This document shows positions 16,133-32,099 of a stretch of DNA of 64,000 bases, piece after piece (position 1 is the first letter of the stretch; each line of letters begins with the position of its first letter). The position numbers and the translations under genes were made by a program. The stretch comes from the human T2T-CHM13v2.0 reference genome, Homo sapiens: NCBI RefSeq assembly GCF_009914755.1, contig NC_060944.1. One strand, given 5' to 3'. Under the pieces are notes generated by a model, which did no database searches, was not told the origin of the DNA, and saw only the letters and a list, made by a program, of their open reading frames with translations.

Positions 16133-17081
16133 TTAATACTCTAAGAGTCCCTTCCAGTCACATCCAGGGCTGGCTGTTTGAAACTTATATTTATGGAATC
16201 TAGATTATGCCATGCATTCACTCAGTTTGTTTTTCCAGTGTGAGGGTCTCCTCTTCTGGCAAGCACAGACAAGTACAAATGGAACAATCTGAGGAAAACA
16301 TGTTGTTTTTTGTGCATTTATTTTCTTTGATCTTAGCCTACCTCTCACCCAAAAACTACAATGATTTAGTATGATACAGTTAAGCATTTACATAATAATT
16401 TCAAGATGGTGGATAAAAGGGAAAAATGTTACCCACAATATACTTCAAAAGAATAGAATATATTTATATGAAGGGTACAAAGCAAGGCCCAACATTTCCT
16501 TTCTGAAACATGTGGCCAATTTGATGTCCCTATGTGGTGGCTAAAGAATACAAAATTAAAAGTTGTAGCATCTCTTTAGAGTGGTTTTGAACACACAACA
16601 TTGTATGAAAGCACCAAAATCATTGCAAAATTTTTTAACTTGTTTATTAAAAATCAAAGAAGGAAAGATATTCATTCACACAATGGAAAATGTCTGATTA
16701 ACTTTCATTTCACTATCCCATGTAAGTACTGCTTTACCTAAACACCAATGAAATTAATTAAAAACTTAAATTACTTTGTAAAAGTCATGGGAGGAGGCAA
16801 ATAATTATGTACATTCAACTGTAAAATCTGTTATTAAAGAAAAAGAGATGGAAACTATTTCAACAATATGCTTGTGAAAAATGAAGAGAAAGGAAAAAAA
16901 AGGCTTGAAACATCAAAAATGTTGAGATCAAACAATACCCCCAACCTCTTTTAATACTCTAAGAGTCCCTTCCAGTCATATCCAGGGCTGGCTGTTTGAA
17001 ACTGATATTTATGAAATCTAGATTATGCCATGCATTCAATCAGTTTGTTTTCCCAATACGAGGGTCTCCTCTTTTAGCAAG
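16133..17081 (+). repeat. 131-bp dispersed direct duplication (16133-16263 and 16951-17081)
   Basis: Ungapped manual alignment with 10 mismatches in 131 bp. Confidence 0.95.
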
Positions 17082-17489
17082 TAACTCTCAGTCATGTAGC
17101 AACCCAGTCAGTCCTGTAGCATAAGCCAAGTACAGCAATTGGCCAATGAGTTAATGAGTTAAACACTTCATTCCAAAAGTAAGGTTTCCTCTTCCAAATA
17201 GGATAAAGATTAGTAAACAATACAACCACTTTTTTCTTGTGTCAAAACAAAGCAAACAATAAATTTAAAACAGGTAATCACTTCATCACATACACCACAT
17301 GAACTTACTGATAAGTATTCCAACAATGAGAGGCCATGGCAATTTTGTAAGGGGAGATCCAGATGTCCATTTGCAGAAATTATGGAAGATACAGGAACAT
17401 GCTGAACTTTACTGTGTGTATACAATGAGCAAAACTCAGATTGAAGGAAACATCACAGGACAAACAGTCCAGGTTATTTGACAGAAAAA

Positions 17490-18802
17490 TAGTCCTTGCT
17501 TTGCCTAATATATATAAATTTCAATTACCAGAGTTTATTTAAATCACACCAGTCCCTCGACAACATGGTTCAAATTTCAATTACCATGGTATTATTAACT
17601 CTGAGTAACTGCATGAAATATAAACTCCCCCGCCATCTCCTTGGTTCACAAACCACTGCAAACATCAGTGATGCACATCACGATCAGTGACCAATCATGA
17701 CATTCTTTGAAAGTCTGTCAGTGATGTGTCACTGTGCAAAGACAGCAGGTGGAAACGTTGCCTCTCTGTCTCTAAGTGATGAATTTACAGAAGAAAGTCA
17801 AGGAAAAACAAAAACAAAACAAAACAAAAGTGATAATGCTGGAAGTGAAATTCAAATGAAAGATAAATGAAGTTATACGAGAAATAAGTGACCACGGGCA
17901 TGTCTGACACTGCTGCCATTAAGGCTCTAGATATACAGACAGAGGAACTTACTAAAGAGGATCTTATCAAGGAGTGGAGTTGGGACAAAAAGGATGAAGA
18001 TGTCCCAGAGGAAGTGACATTGGCAAAAATTTCACACTAAAGGAAGACTGGCAGCTATGTGGTGACACTGAAAGAGCAAAAGGTAGAATGTTGAAAGCTG
18101 ATCCAAAATTAGAAAGGAGTATGAAAATTCACCACCACATAGAAAAGATGTTCATATGACATCATAAGTTACATGCTGAGGAGGCAAGTACTGTTCAAAT
18201 TATAAATTTTTATCCTAAATAAAACACTGTTAATGTTTCTAAATGCTTTAGTGTACTAAGTAAATATTGGTTTTACTTTTTTCTGTTTCCATACACATTT
18301 ATAACCAACAGTAAAAGAGATTTCTGGGTTTTTCTTTCTGTTTTTCTTCTTTCCTCTTTTTGAGACAGAGTCGGGGAGACAGAGTCTCACTCTGTTGCCC
18401 AGGCTGGAGTGCAGTAGCATGATTATGGCTCACTGTAACCTCAAACTCCTGGGCTCAAGCTATCCTCCCACCTCAGCATCCTGAGTAACGGGGACTACAG
18501 GTGCATGCCACCATGCCCAGCCAGTTTTTCTTTTGTATTTACATATAGAGAGACAGGGTCTTGCTATGTTATCCAGGCTGGTCTCGAAACTCCTAGCCTC
18601 AAGTGATCCTCTTGCCTCGGCCTCCCAAAGCACTGGGATGACAGGTGTGAGTCACTGTACTCCACCAAGAGTTTTTAACGTTTTGACAAAAATATTTAAA
18701 GGTCATGGAACAAGCTAAATTTACACCATTAAGCCCACTCTGCATGGTTTCAGCTTGCATGGTCACTTTATGGTCCAGCCCTACCATGCAAAGTATGGAC
18801 TG
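17490..18802. mobile_element. TcMar-Tigger non-autonomous DNA transposon (Tigger6a-like), interrupted by an Alu
   Basis: Terminal inverted repeats tagtccttgctttgc ... gcaaagtatggactg. Internal aaggatgaagatgtcccagaggaagtgac matches Tigger6-type sequence as recalled. Confidence 0.7.
18329..18665 (-). mobile_element. AluJ
   Basis: Reverse Alu with J diagnostics (ctcctgggctcaagctatcctcccacc) and a degenerate T tail. Confidence 0.9.
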
Positions 18803-19299
18803 TCTGTATACCATAAAAATAAGAAAGAGATAAAAGAAAAATCCAGAAGAGACAGGTCTACCCAGAGAGTGAAGTAGAACAGAACTTAAGGACTACTATT
18901 TTTATTTCACAATATAATACTACAGCTAAATAGTCATCTTTTTCTTCTCCATCATGTCTTCCCTCTAAATAACAAAAAAATAAGCAAGGATGAAACAAAG
19001 ATGCCAATTACCAAGAATGGATAATTACTAAGAATTTATGTTCCTCATTTTAAAGTATTTTATCTTAAAATCTATACATCCTAAAAGCAGAGATAAAATA
19101 TGCTTTTATTCAATTTATGTATAGACTAGCTATTTAGCTCAATATTACTTTGTATTAACAAGGGATATGTTAATTGTGGGGAAGGAGATTATAAAAACTT
19201 ATCTCCATTAATGCTATACACTGTAAACGACCTACCAAATAGCCACTACCATTGACAATAAAACTGCTATTTTGTTTGGGAAGACAATGTGTCTATCCT

Positions 19300-19765
19300 C
19301 AAGCCATGAACTATGAGATGGTAATTATGACAACTCACCCAATTTCCTAGGCTCCTTTGCAGCTGGAAATAGCCATGTGACTGAATTGTGCCCCTTCTCA
19401 ACTACTAAGGAGAAGTTTATTGAGGGAGATTCCAGAAAAATTTTGAATCCCAGATAAAAAAGGAAAATACATCTGGCACTTCTCCCTCTTTGCCATCCTG
19501 CCTTACTCTCACTTTGAATGCAGATGTGACATCTAAAATTTCAGGAGCCATATCACATCCATGAGGCAAAGGTATAAGAAAAAGGCCCAAGAGAATACCA
19601 GATATGTTAGCCCTAGCATCATCAGAAACCTAAACTAATGCCAGCAACCAACCACCTCCAAACTTATTACTATGTGGCTACGGGCCAGAGAGCAAGGGGA
19701 CAAATATGCATTTCTTAAACCACAGTCAGGTTTTCCATTGTTTGCAGCCAAAAGCATTCCATGGA
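19300..19765. mobile_element. Old ERVL-type LTR (LTR16/LTR33-like)
   Basis: ctcctttgcagctggaaatagccatgtgactgaatt ... tttgcagccaaaagcattcc. Confidence 0.5.
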
Positions 19766-20003
19766 TTAATAATTCTTACTTTAAACTAATCAAATGTAAG
19801 TATAAACGGTCAAAGACTAAAGAAAACGAGCGCTCTAATTTATAGAGGTAGAATACCAAGCAGAATAAAGTCTTCTGGCTTTAATTTGTATTTCTACTTG
19901 TACTGTGATAATGTTTGTATAATCGATTACTTTAAAAGAAAAAAAAATCAATGCAATAAAAAAATCCCAAATTTATCTAGTTTTTTTTTCACACTTTAAA
20001 TTA

Positions 20004-21310
<1,307 letters not shown>

Positions 21311-21499
21311 AAGCATAATGAGGATCTTGGTGGCATATAATTCAAATGAAAGAAACAGAGGCAGATGGTACACCAAAAGGTATTCTATTAGCTTTGGGTG
21401 TTTAAGGGGCTATTGGCATCAAGTAATAGGTTTTATGGTGAAAATGGAAAGCATTGGTCAATCTGAGCCCATTAAGTTGGAGATGGGTTAAGAAAGTTA

Positions 21500-22470
21500 C
21501 TGATTTCCACTGCCTACTTCTACCACCAGAAAGCCCCATTTCCCCAGCTCTACTCTTTTAGTAAATGGCAAATATCCAACTGCTCAGCTAAAACCCTTAA
21601 ATCCTCTGCTCAGCTAAAACTCTTAATTCCTCTCTCTTTCTTGCCAATAACTATTGGCATCAATATTGTCTTTCCAGAAACCCTCAAAATATTTTCTGGA
21701 TATATTCACTTATCGTCATCTCCATCCCTATCACCTACAGTCCAAGGTGCCATAATCTCCAAACTGCAATGACTTTGTAACTAGTCTCCCAACTTCTACT
21801 CTTACCTCCCCCTTGGACTGATTATTCACATAGTAGCCCATGGAGAACTTTGCAAAATGTGAATAAGAAAGCACTGTTTCCCTACTTTAAACTCTTCAAT
21901 GGCTAGCCATTATTCTTGAATAAAATTCAAGAATAAAATAAATAAAATTCTTGAATAAAATTATTGAATAAAATTCAAACTCCTTGCCATGATCTACCAG
22001 GTCCTAAAGGAGCTAGCCCATACCAACTGCTCCAGCTTCATCTCATACTATTCTCCCCTTGCTCACTGATTTGGCACACTGACTCTCTCTCTCCATTCCT
22101 GTAATGTGCCAAACTCCCACAGGGCCTCTGCACATGCAGCTCATTCTGCCTGGAACACTCTTCCACTGAGTCTTCATAAAAGCCACTCATTTTTTAGATG
22201 TCACCTCAAATGTTATCTCCTCATAGGGGTCTCCGTTGACCATCCTATTTAACAAAGTCTTCATTCAGACTCTCACATCCAAGTTACTCTATATCACATC
22301 ATTTTGTTCTTCTTTTTTTCCTTCATAACAGTTACAAGAATAACTATCTTAATTATATGCTAATATGTCTCTTTCTCCTAAAATGTAAGGTCTCATTAGA
22401 GCATGAGCTTCCTCCATCTTGTTCACCATTATTTTCTTACTACCCAGTTCAGTCCCATTTCCTGAATGGA
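21500..22470 (+). mobile_element. L2 fragment
   Basis: cagggcctctgcacatgcagctcattctgcctggaacactctt and taaggtctcattagagc are L2 3' motifs. Confidence 0.75.
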
Positions 22471-22564
22471 AAACTGAACTACTTGAGTAATTCCAGCTGA
22501 AGATATTCTCCATGAGATGCAGTGAAACTCCTATATATAAAAATCCTAACCTGATCTCCACAAA

Positions 22565-22985
22565 AAGAATGGTATGAGAATTTCACAGCAGCTTTATTCG
22601 TAATAGTAAAAAACTGGAAAAAAAATCAAATGTCCATCAACAGGAAAACGGATAAACAAATTAATGTGTATTTATATTAGGAAATATTAATCAGTAATAA
22701 AAAAGAATAAATCGGTGATACAATGTCTAATAAAAGCTTTCTGTGAAAGAAGCCAAACAGAAAAGAGTACATTCTGTATGATTCCATTTATATAACGTTC
22801 AGAGCAAGAAAAAGCATTTACTGTAATAAAAATCAGGACAGTGGCTGCCTTTAAGTTGGAGACTAACTGGAAAGCAGCATGAAAGAACTGGAAATATTCT
22901 ATATCTTGATAGGTGTATGGTTTACATGGGCATATATGTTTATAAAAACTGATTAAATCATTTACTCTATGCAAATTTTATTACA
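22565..22985 (+). mobile_element. Old L1ME-like 3' UTR
   Basis: acagcagctttattcgtaatagtaaaaaactgg...aagagtacattctgtatgattccatttatata. Confidence 0.75.
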
Positions 22986-22995
22986 ATGTTTTTGG

Positions 22996-23294
22996 TTTTT
23001 TTTTTTTTTTTTTTTTTTTTTGAGACAGGGTCTCACTCCATCACCCAGGCTAGAGCACAGTGACATGATCACGGCTCACTGCAGCCTTGACACCCCAGAC
23101 TCAGGTGATTCTCCTACCTCAGCCTCCCGAGTAGCTGAGAGTACAGGTATGCACCACCATATCCAGCTAAATTTTTGTACAGATGGGGTTTTCCTTGTTG
23201 CCCATGATGGTCTCAACTCCTGAGCTCTAGTAATCCACCCACCTCAGCCTCCCAAAGTACTGTGATTTACAGGCATGAGCCACTGCACCTGGCC
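22996..23294 (-). mobile_element. AluJ, full length
   Basis: Poly-T followed by gagacagggtctcactccatcacccaggctagagcacagtg. Confidence 0.92.
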
Positions 23295-23834
23295 TATCAT
23301 GAATTTTTAAAAAGGCAAAAAAGTCCTAAATTCATTCACCCACACATCACATCCGATGCAGAAACCCAAGAAATAGACTATCCACCATCATATCAAGATC
23401 TACTTATTAATTTGTTCATCTGCCTTCTAAATTCTTATCCTTTGCCGGCAGAAAATTAAAAAGGTTTGTACCAAACTGATTATCTCGTGGCAACACACCA
23501 AGAAAATATCTATCACTACAAAAGATGATGTATTGTGCATTCATACATAGGTAAACCATATAAAACTATGACACAAAGGACAAAACAGTATCTAAGCCAT
23601 TACAGAAGAACTAAACAATAAAGAATATTGATGAATGCTAAGGTACATCACATGACTATGTGACCTGGGACACCCATCATGAGCTGTATGCTAAGAAACC
23701 CCTAAGCCACAGGCTGAGCAAGAATGTTGTAGTTTTCAATTTCTTTCTATCCCTAAAAACGCCTGAATACAATATGTATATTTTCTTATACTTACACTCT
23801 ACTCCCTAAACAGTCATGTTAAGAATCACTATCA

Positions 23835-24355
23835 GGAGCTGTAAGAACCAAAACAGTAGCCACGAGCCAAATGTAGCTATTCAGAAATTAAAATGAGGCA
23901 AGGACAAATGGAAAGCTGAATTTTTAATTTTATAAAATTTTAATTTTCTAATATATTAAACTATTAGAAAGATTTAAGTATACCTGTAATAACTTGGTAT
24001 GTAAATTTACTATTTCACAGTAAATTTTTATGAAATATAAATACAGATCAAATATATCTAATAAAAATTTAGTGTTATAATTGAGATGGGGAAAACTCAA
24101 ACTGGTTCTGAAGACTTAATACTAAAAACGATAATGTAAAATAGCTCATTAATAATTTTTCCCTGATCATATTTCAAAGTTATATTTTAGATCCACTGGT
24201 TTAAATAAAATATATTAAAATTAATTTCCCTTGTTTCTTTCTACTTTCTTTTTCTCTTTTATGAGCCTAATATTATGAACATATTTTTAATGTAGCTACT
24301 GAAAAACTTTAAAGTACATATGTGACACACATTCTATTTCTACTGAATTGTATCG
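23835..24355. mobile_element. hAT-Charlie non-autonomous element (Charlie1/MER33-like)
   Basis: gtagccacgagccaaatgtagctatt ... aatgtagctactgaaaaactttaaagtacatatgtgacacacatt. Ends about 75 bp from the exon donor at 24430. Confidence 0.75.
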
Positions 24356-24430
24356 TCCTAAAGCTTGTATCTAAATGCAGAAGATATATCATCTGATACA
24401 TTAATTTGAATATTTCAAACACCACCTGAC

Positions 24431-24537
24431 CTTCTCACTTGATTGTCTTCTTTTCTTTAGTTGCATAAAATCTGTGTCCACCCTTTCTGCCAGCTCTAGT
24501 TTCCTCTTGTTTCTTTTAAATGCAGCTAAACTGAATC
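24431..24537 (-). CDS. TASP1: Taspase-1 coding exon (probable exon 8, 107 nt, phase 1/0): (R)FSLAAFKRNKRKLELAERVDTDFMQLKKRRQSSEK, with the bipartite NLS
   Basis: ttttatag|GATTCAGTTTAGCTGC...AGTGAGAAG|gtcagg. Basic clusters KRNKRK and KKRR lie just before the autocleavage site, which is in the next exon and was not found in this window. Confidence 0.97.
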
Positions 24538-26746
24538 CTATAAAATAAAAATAAAAAACATTAAATATAACATTTAAGAAATATTAGGGCAATGGGTCAA
24601 ATAAGATATCTGAAGAGCCTTCCCAGAAGAAAATCCTTCAGTATGTTAAATTAAGGGTTTAAAAAGTCTTTTCAATGTATACAGGGATAGTAGGAGAATA
24701 AGAGAAATAAATTAAGATTTTAAAATTAAGAAAATGGTCAAACCCAGAGAAACAAAGGAGTCCTGAAGGCAGATACTACCCTCAGGGCATCTGTTGATGC
24801 AAGCCTCCTCCAACTGTCGTTTTAAAGGTCTCTGCGCAAAGGAGGTAAGAGACGAAACTTGGGCACAATGCAGTATGAGAAAACACACTGGAGATTATCC
24901 ACAAAGAAAGGAGAAAGTCTCAATGGTTGATATTCCCAGTGAATGGGCAAATGAGAAAAAAGCCACCAGGCACCAAAAAATAATAAAAAGTAAATAAAAC
25001 ATTTTTTAAACCAGAAAACTTGCAAATCTCAGCTTTGGTTCTAGATGTAAAGAGGAAACATCTCCCTAGAAATTTCAGGACTAATGCGGGCATTTAGATA
25101 GACCTCGAGTAGAATTCTTATTACCTGTGAGATCCCAGGGTAAAAAAGTGATCAACAGTGCTTCAAAGGGCCTCCAAACACAAATGCAAATACTCCCCAG
25201 AAAAACAAACTGGCCTTAACTTACCCAGACCTCAAAGAACTCCCATGTTTCAATCAACATGTGCTCATAGTTTTAAAAGGAAAATTCATAAAACACATAA
25301 GAGATAAACTACCAAGAATAAAAGCCAGCCGAATATCAGAAAGCATAACCTGACCTGCAAAAATCTCAGATACTGGAATAATCAGATACAGAATATAACA
25401 CACGTTTATGGTCAGAGAAAGAAAAGAAAGACATCAAAAACAGGATTAAGCAGCAAGATGATAAACTGACTAGGCTGAATTGAAGAACAAATAGAGCTTC
25501 AATCAATCAATAAAATAATCAAAATTTTAAAACTTGATATACAAATTTTAACAGCCAATTAGATCCAGCTGATAAGAGAAATTACAAACTGGAACATAAC
25601 ACTGACAAAGTTATTGAAGTTTTCTGATAATGGCAGACTAAGTTATTCAGAGTAATTATCCACAGAATATTCCTAAAAACATTGGGTAAAATATTTAAAA
25701 TACCACCTTAAAAGCATTCAAAACCTTACAAGCACTAAGCTAAATTCTTGGGTAAACTGAGGACTAAAGGTATTATTGCACTGTGAACATTTGCCAACAC
25801 TAGCACACTTGCATTCGACTAAATGGCATCAAGGAGAGGGATACGTCAAGCCCAAAGCCCATTAAGAGTACAGAGTTTTATAGGAGACATTCCCCACAAT
25901 AAACTGGGAATTTAAAGGGCTAATTCTCTTAGAGTAAAGCTAATCCATAACTGAGTCCATTACTCCCTCTATCTCAAAAGCAAATGCATGCAGGCAATAT
26001 TGTCCCAGATTACAGCAGAGCATGAGACCGACAGAAGGTGGGGGGAAAAAACAGGGAGAAGGTAGAGAAAAAGAAAGAACAAAGTATTCGAAAGAGGTGG
26101 GGAAAGAAAACTATCTCTGAGAAACTTTTGGTCTCATGGGGCCCTTGCATAGATTTACAAATATACACACTGTACAGTCCCAGAAGGAAAAGAAAGAGAG
26201 AAAGAGAAGATGGTTACTTGAAGAAATAATAGCTGAAAACTTGCCAAATTTGATGAAAGATATGAACACCCAAGATATAAACACCCAAGAAGCTCAAGGA
26301 ACTCCAAGTAGGAAAACTGAGAGATCCATACCAAGGCACATTATAATCAAATTGTCAAAGGCCAAAGACAAAGAGAGAATCTTGAAAAGCAGATTATCAC
26401 CTACTAGGGATCCCCAATAATATTATAAGCAGATTTCTCATCAGAAACTTTGGAAGCCAGAAACAGTGGGTTGATATATTCAAAGTGCTGAAACAACAAA
26501 AGCATCAACCAAGAACCCTGGAAGTGGCCAAACGATCCTTCAAAAATGAGGGGCAAATTAAAATACTCTCAGGTAAACAAAAACTGAGATAGTTCATTTT
26601 TACTGGACCTACCCTGCAAGAAATGCTGAAGGAAATCCTTCCGGTTAAAATGAAAGAACCTTAGACAGAACTCAAACCTGTAAATAAATAATGATCTCTG
26701 ATAAAGATAAGTACATGGACAACTGTAAAAGCTAGTCTTACTGTAA

Positions 26747-27088
<342 letters not shown>

Positions 27089-27972
27089 TTATTTTCTACA
27101 TGATTTAAGAAATTAAAGCATTAAAACACTATCAGTCTGTTTTGAGACAGACAATGGGAAAAGATACAATTTTGCAAAAGAGGGTTGAGACAGAGCTGCA
27201 TAAGAACAGAATTTTTATTTGTTATTGAAGTTAAGCTGGTCTAAATTCAAATTAGAGTGTTATAATTTTAGAATGTTAAATGTAATCCCCATTGTAACCA
27301 CAAAAAAAAAATAGCAAGACAATATACACAAAAGAAAATGAAAAGAGAACACAATAAACCAAGTAGATCTAAAAGATATAAACAGAACACTATATTCGAC
27401 AACAGAATTCACATTCTTCTCAAGTTCACTTGGGACATTTTTCCAAAATGTCCCATTTGTGTGTGAGCACAAATCAAATCTCAATAGATTGTAAAAGATA
27501 GGTATTGTACAATGTATCTTCTCCAACTACAACAGGATGGAGTTAGAAATCAATGGTAGAAGAAAACTGGAAAATGCACAAATTGTGAAAACTAAAATAC
27601 AGAAAGAAATCACAAAGGAATCAGAAAATCCTCAGATAAGAATAAAAATTAATACACCAAAACTTACAAAGTACATCAAAAGCCTTATGAAGGGAAAATT
27701 TTATGGCTATAAACACATTAAAAAATAAGAAAGATTTCAAACAACAACCTAGCTTTAAAACTTAAGGGACTAGTAAAAGAAGAATTAAACCCAAAGCTAG
27801 CAGAACAAGGGAAATAAAGATCAGAGTGGAGATAAATAAAATAGATAATACCAAAAAAATAGAGAAAAACAAATAAAACCAAAAGTTAGTTCATGGAAAA
27901 CATTAACAAAATTTAAATCTTTAGCTAGATTAACTAAGAAAAAAAAAGACAAATTACTATAATCAGAAATCA

Positions 27973-28291
<319 letters not shown>

Positions 28292-28314
<23 letters not shown>

Positions 28315-28330
28315 TTATATCTCTATATAC

Positions 28331-28373
<43 letters not shown>

Positions 28374-28528
28374 GTGTATGTGTATACGTGCGTATGTATG
28401 TGTGTGTATATACACATATATACACACACATAGGTGTATATATACACACACATACATACGCACGTATACACATACACAACACACACACACATATATATGT
28501 ATATAGAGATATAATTTTTTTGAGACAA
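28292..28528. repeat. About 237-bp inverted repeat made of an Alu 3' end plus alternating purine-pyrimidine tract
   Basis: Left arm ttgtctc-An-ttatatctctatatac...tatacgtgcgtatgtatg is the reverse complement of right arm catacatacgcacgtata...gtatatagagatataa-Tn-gagacaa. Confidence 0.93.
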
Positions 28529-29037
28529 TGTATATATGCATATATATGTACACACACATATAAATAAGAGAGTTCTATGAAAAATTGTGTACCCAAATAT
28601 TGAATGGCCTAAATGAAATTAACAAAGTCCAATAACACAAAACCTACAAGACTGCATCATGAAGAAATAGAAAATTTAAATTAACCAATAACTAGTAAGG
28701 AGATTGAATCAATAATCCAAACTCTCCCGGCAAAAAAAAAATTCCCAGACTTCATGACTTCACTGGAGCATTCTACCAAACATTTAAACAACAAACACCA
28801 AAAACATTAACGAAGAGGAAACGCTTCCAAAGTCATTCTATGAGGCCAGCACTATCCTAATACCAAAACCATACAAAGACACCATAAGAAAGCTATCAAC
28901 CAATACCCCTTATGAACGTTGATGCAAAATTCCTCAACAAAATACTGCCAAACCAAATGCAGCAGCATATTAAAAGGATAATACACTATGACAAAGTGCA
29001 ATTTATTCCTAAGAAGCAAAGGTCGTTCAACATATGA

Positions 29038-29250
<213 letters not shown>

Positions 29251-30142
29251 TAATCATGTTATAAAATTCAAAATTCTTTCATAGTAAAAACACCAAACCA
29301 GAAATAGAAAGAAACTACTTCAACATAAAAAGGCAAAATATGAAAAGCCCACAACTAACATCATATCTATGGTGAAAGACTGAAAGCTTTTCCCCTAAAA
29401 TCAGAAACATGACAAGGATATGTACTTTTACCACTTCTAGTACTAGAAGTCCAAACCTAATATTAGAAGTACTAGAACTAGAAGTCCTAGAAGTACTGGA
29501 AGTCCTAGCCAAGGCAATTAGGCAAGGAAAAGAGGTAAAAGGCATTCAAATTGGAAAGGAGGAAATTATACTTGATCTTATACTTGGAACATCCTAAAGA
29601 TCTCCAACCCCGTCCCCCAACACAAACACACAAACCCACTAGAACTAATAAATTCAGCAAAGTTGTATGATACAAAATCAACACTCAAAAATCAGTTGCA
29701 TTTCTATAAATTAACAATGAACAATTTAAAAAGAAATTAGAAAGCAATCCCATTTACAATAGCATCGAAAAGTATAAAATGCTTAGAAAAAAACTAAAAT
29801 CAAGGAGGCAAAATACTTGTATGCTGAAAACTACAAAACATTGCTGAAAGAAATTAAAGACGTTAATAATGAAAAGACACCCAGGTTCATGAATTGGAAG
29901 CTTTAATATTGTTAAGATGTCAGTACTACTAAAAGCAATCTACAGATTCAGTGTAATCCCTAACAAAATCCCAATAGTGTTTTTTTTTTTTTAAGAAATA
30001 GAAATATCAATCCTAAAATTCATGTACAATCTAAAGGGACCCTAAATAATCAAAACAATCTTGGAAACAAAAAAAAAGTTGGAAGTCTCACTTCCTAATT
30101 TCAAAACTTACTGCAAAGCTACAGCAATCAAAACAGTATGGA

Positions 30143-30447
30143 GGCTGGGCGTGGTGGCTCACACCTGTAATCCCAGCACTTTGGAGGCGGAGGCAGGCAA
30201 ATCATTTGAAGTCAGGAGTTCAAAACCAGCCTGGCCAGCATGGTGAAACCTCATCTCTACTAAAAATACAAAAAAAAAATTAGCCGGGTGTGGTGGTGGG
30301 CACTTGTAATCCCAACTACACAGGAGGCTGTGGCAGGAGAATTGTTTGAGCCCGGGAAGCGGAGGTTGCAGTGAGCAGAGGATCGCACCATTGCACTCCA
30401 GCCTGGGCAACAGAGTAAGACTCCATCTCAAAAAAAAAAAAAAAAAA
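30143..30447 (+). mobile_element. AluS, full length
   Basis: Alu body, poly-A, TSD about tatgga. Confidence 0.93.
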
Positions 30448-32099
30448 ATATGGAAATGGCATAAAGGCCATTACACAGAAAAATGCAATAGATTAAAGAG
30501 TTCAAAAATAAACTCTCACATATATGGTCAACGATTTGACGAGGGTACTAGCACCATTCAATAGGGAAACAACAGTCTTCAACAAACTGTGTTTGAAAGA
30601 TTAGACAACCACATGCAAAGGAATGTAGTTAGACCCCCACTTTATACCATATAAAAAAATTAATTCAAAATGGATCAAAGACCTAAGTGTAAGAGCTAAA
30701 ACTATAAATCTCTTAGAAAACAACATAGGGGAAAGGTTGGATATAACACCAAAACACAGACAATAAAAGAAAAAAATAGATAAAAATTTAAAAGACACAA
30801 TGGAGTGAAAGACACAATCAATGGAGTGAAAAGGCAACTCGTGGAATGGGATAAGATATTTGCAAGTCATATCGGATAAGTGTTAACATCCAGAACATAT
30901 GAAGAATTCCTATATCTCAACAAGAAAAACCCTGATTGAAAAATAGGCAAAGGACTAGGATATATATTTCTCTAAGAAAGATATAAAAATGGCCAATAAG
31001 CACATAAAAAGACACTTTAACAGCATAATCATTATGGAAATGCAAATCAAAATCACAATGAAATACCAACTCACAGCCATTAGGATGCCAACTATTTTTT
31101 AAAAAGTAAAGGAAAGAACAAGTATTGGTAAGGGTATGGAGAAACTGGAACCCTGGTGCACTGTTGATAGAACATGAAATGGTGCAGCCACTATGGAAAA
31201 CAGACAATATGGTGGCTTCTCAAAAAATAAAAATAGAATAACCATGTGATCCAGCAATTCCATTTCGGGGTACCCAAAAAAAATGGACAGCAGGGACTCA
31301 AACAGATATTTGCATAGCCATGTTCACAGTAGCATTATGCATGACAACCAAAAGGTAGTGTAACCCACGTATTCATCAGTGGATGAGTAGATAAACAAAA
31401 TGTGGTATATACATACAATGAAACACTATTCAGCCTTAAAAAGAAATTCTGACACATGCTACAACATGGATGAACCTTGAAGAAGTCATGCTAAGTGAAA
31501 TAAGCCAATTACAAAAGGACAAGTACTCTATGATTCCACTTATAAAAGCAGAATTCATAGAGACAAAAATGAACTAGCCAGGGACTAAATGGAAGGCACA
31601 TGGGGAGTTACTGCTTAATGGGTACAGCTTTGGTGTTACGAGATGAAGAGGGTTCTATAGTTGATGGTACTGTTAGTTCCATAACAATAAGAAAATATTT
31701 AAAGCTACTGAACTATACCATTAAAAATATTTAAGATGGTAAATTTTATGTTATGTGTATTTTACCATAATTTTAAAAAGAACTACAAAAAAAGTACAAG
31801 AATGTTTACAGAAGCTTTATTCATAATAGCCAAAAATTGGAAACAACCCAGACATAAATGGGTAAATGGCTAAACAGTAGTAGTACCTCCATACCATGAA
31901 TACTCAGGAATGAAAAAAAAACAAGCTATTGATAAACACAACCTGGATGTTATCTCCAGAGAGTTATAGTGAGGAAGGAAAAAAAAAAAAGCAAATACCA
32001 AAAGGTTACAGTCTGTATGATACCATTTATATTACATTCTTGAAATGACAAAATTATACAAATGTAAAATATATTAGTGGCTATCGGGGTTAAGGTGGG

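Noticed and set aside
16133-16263. Intronic snoRNA pair
   Set aside because: The length fits H/ACA, but I found no correctly placed H and ACA boxes or C/D boxes on the TASP1 strand. Kept only as a duplication.
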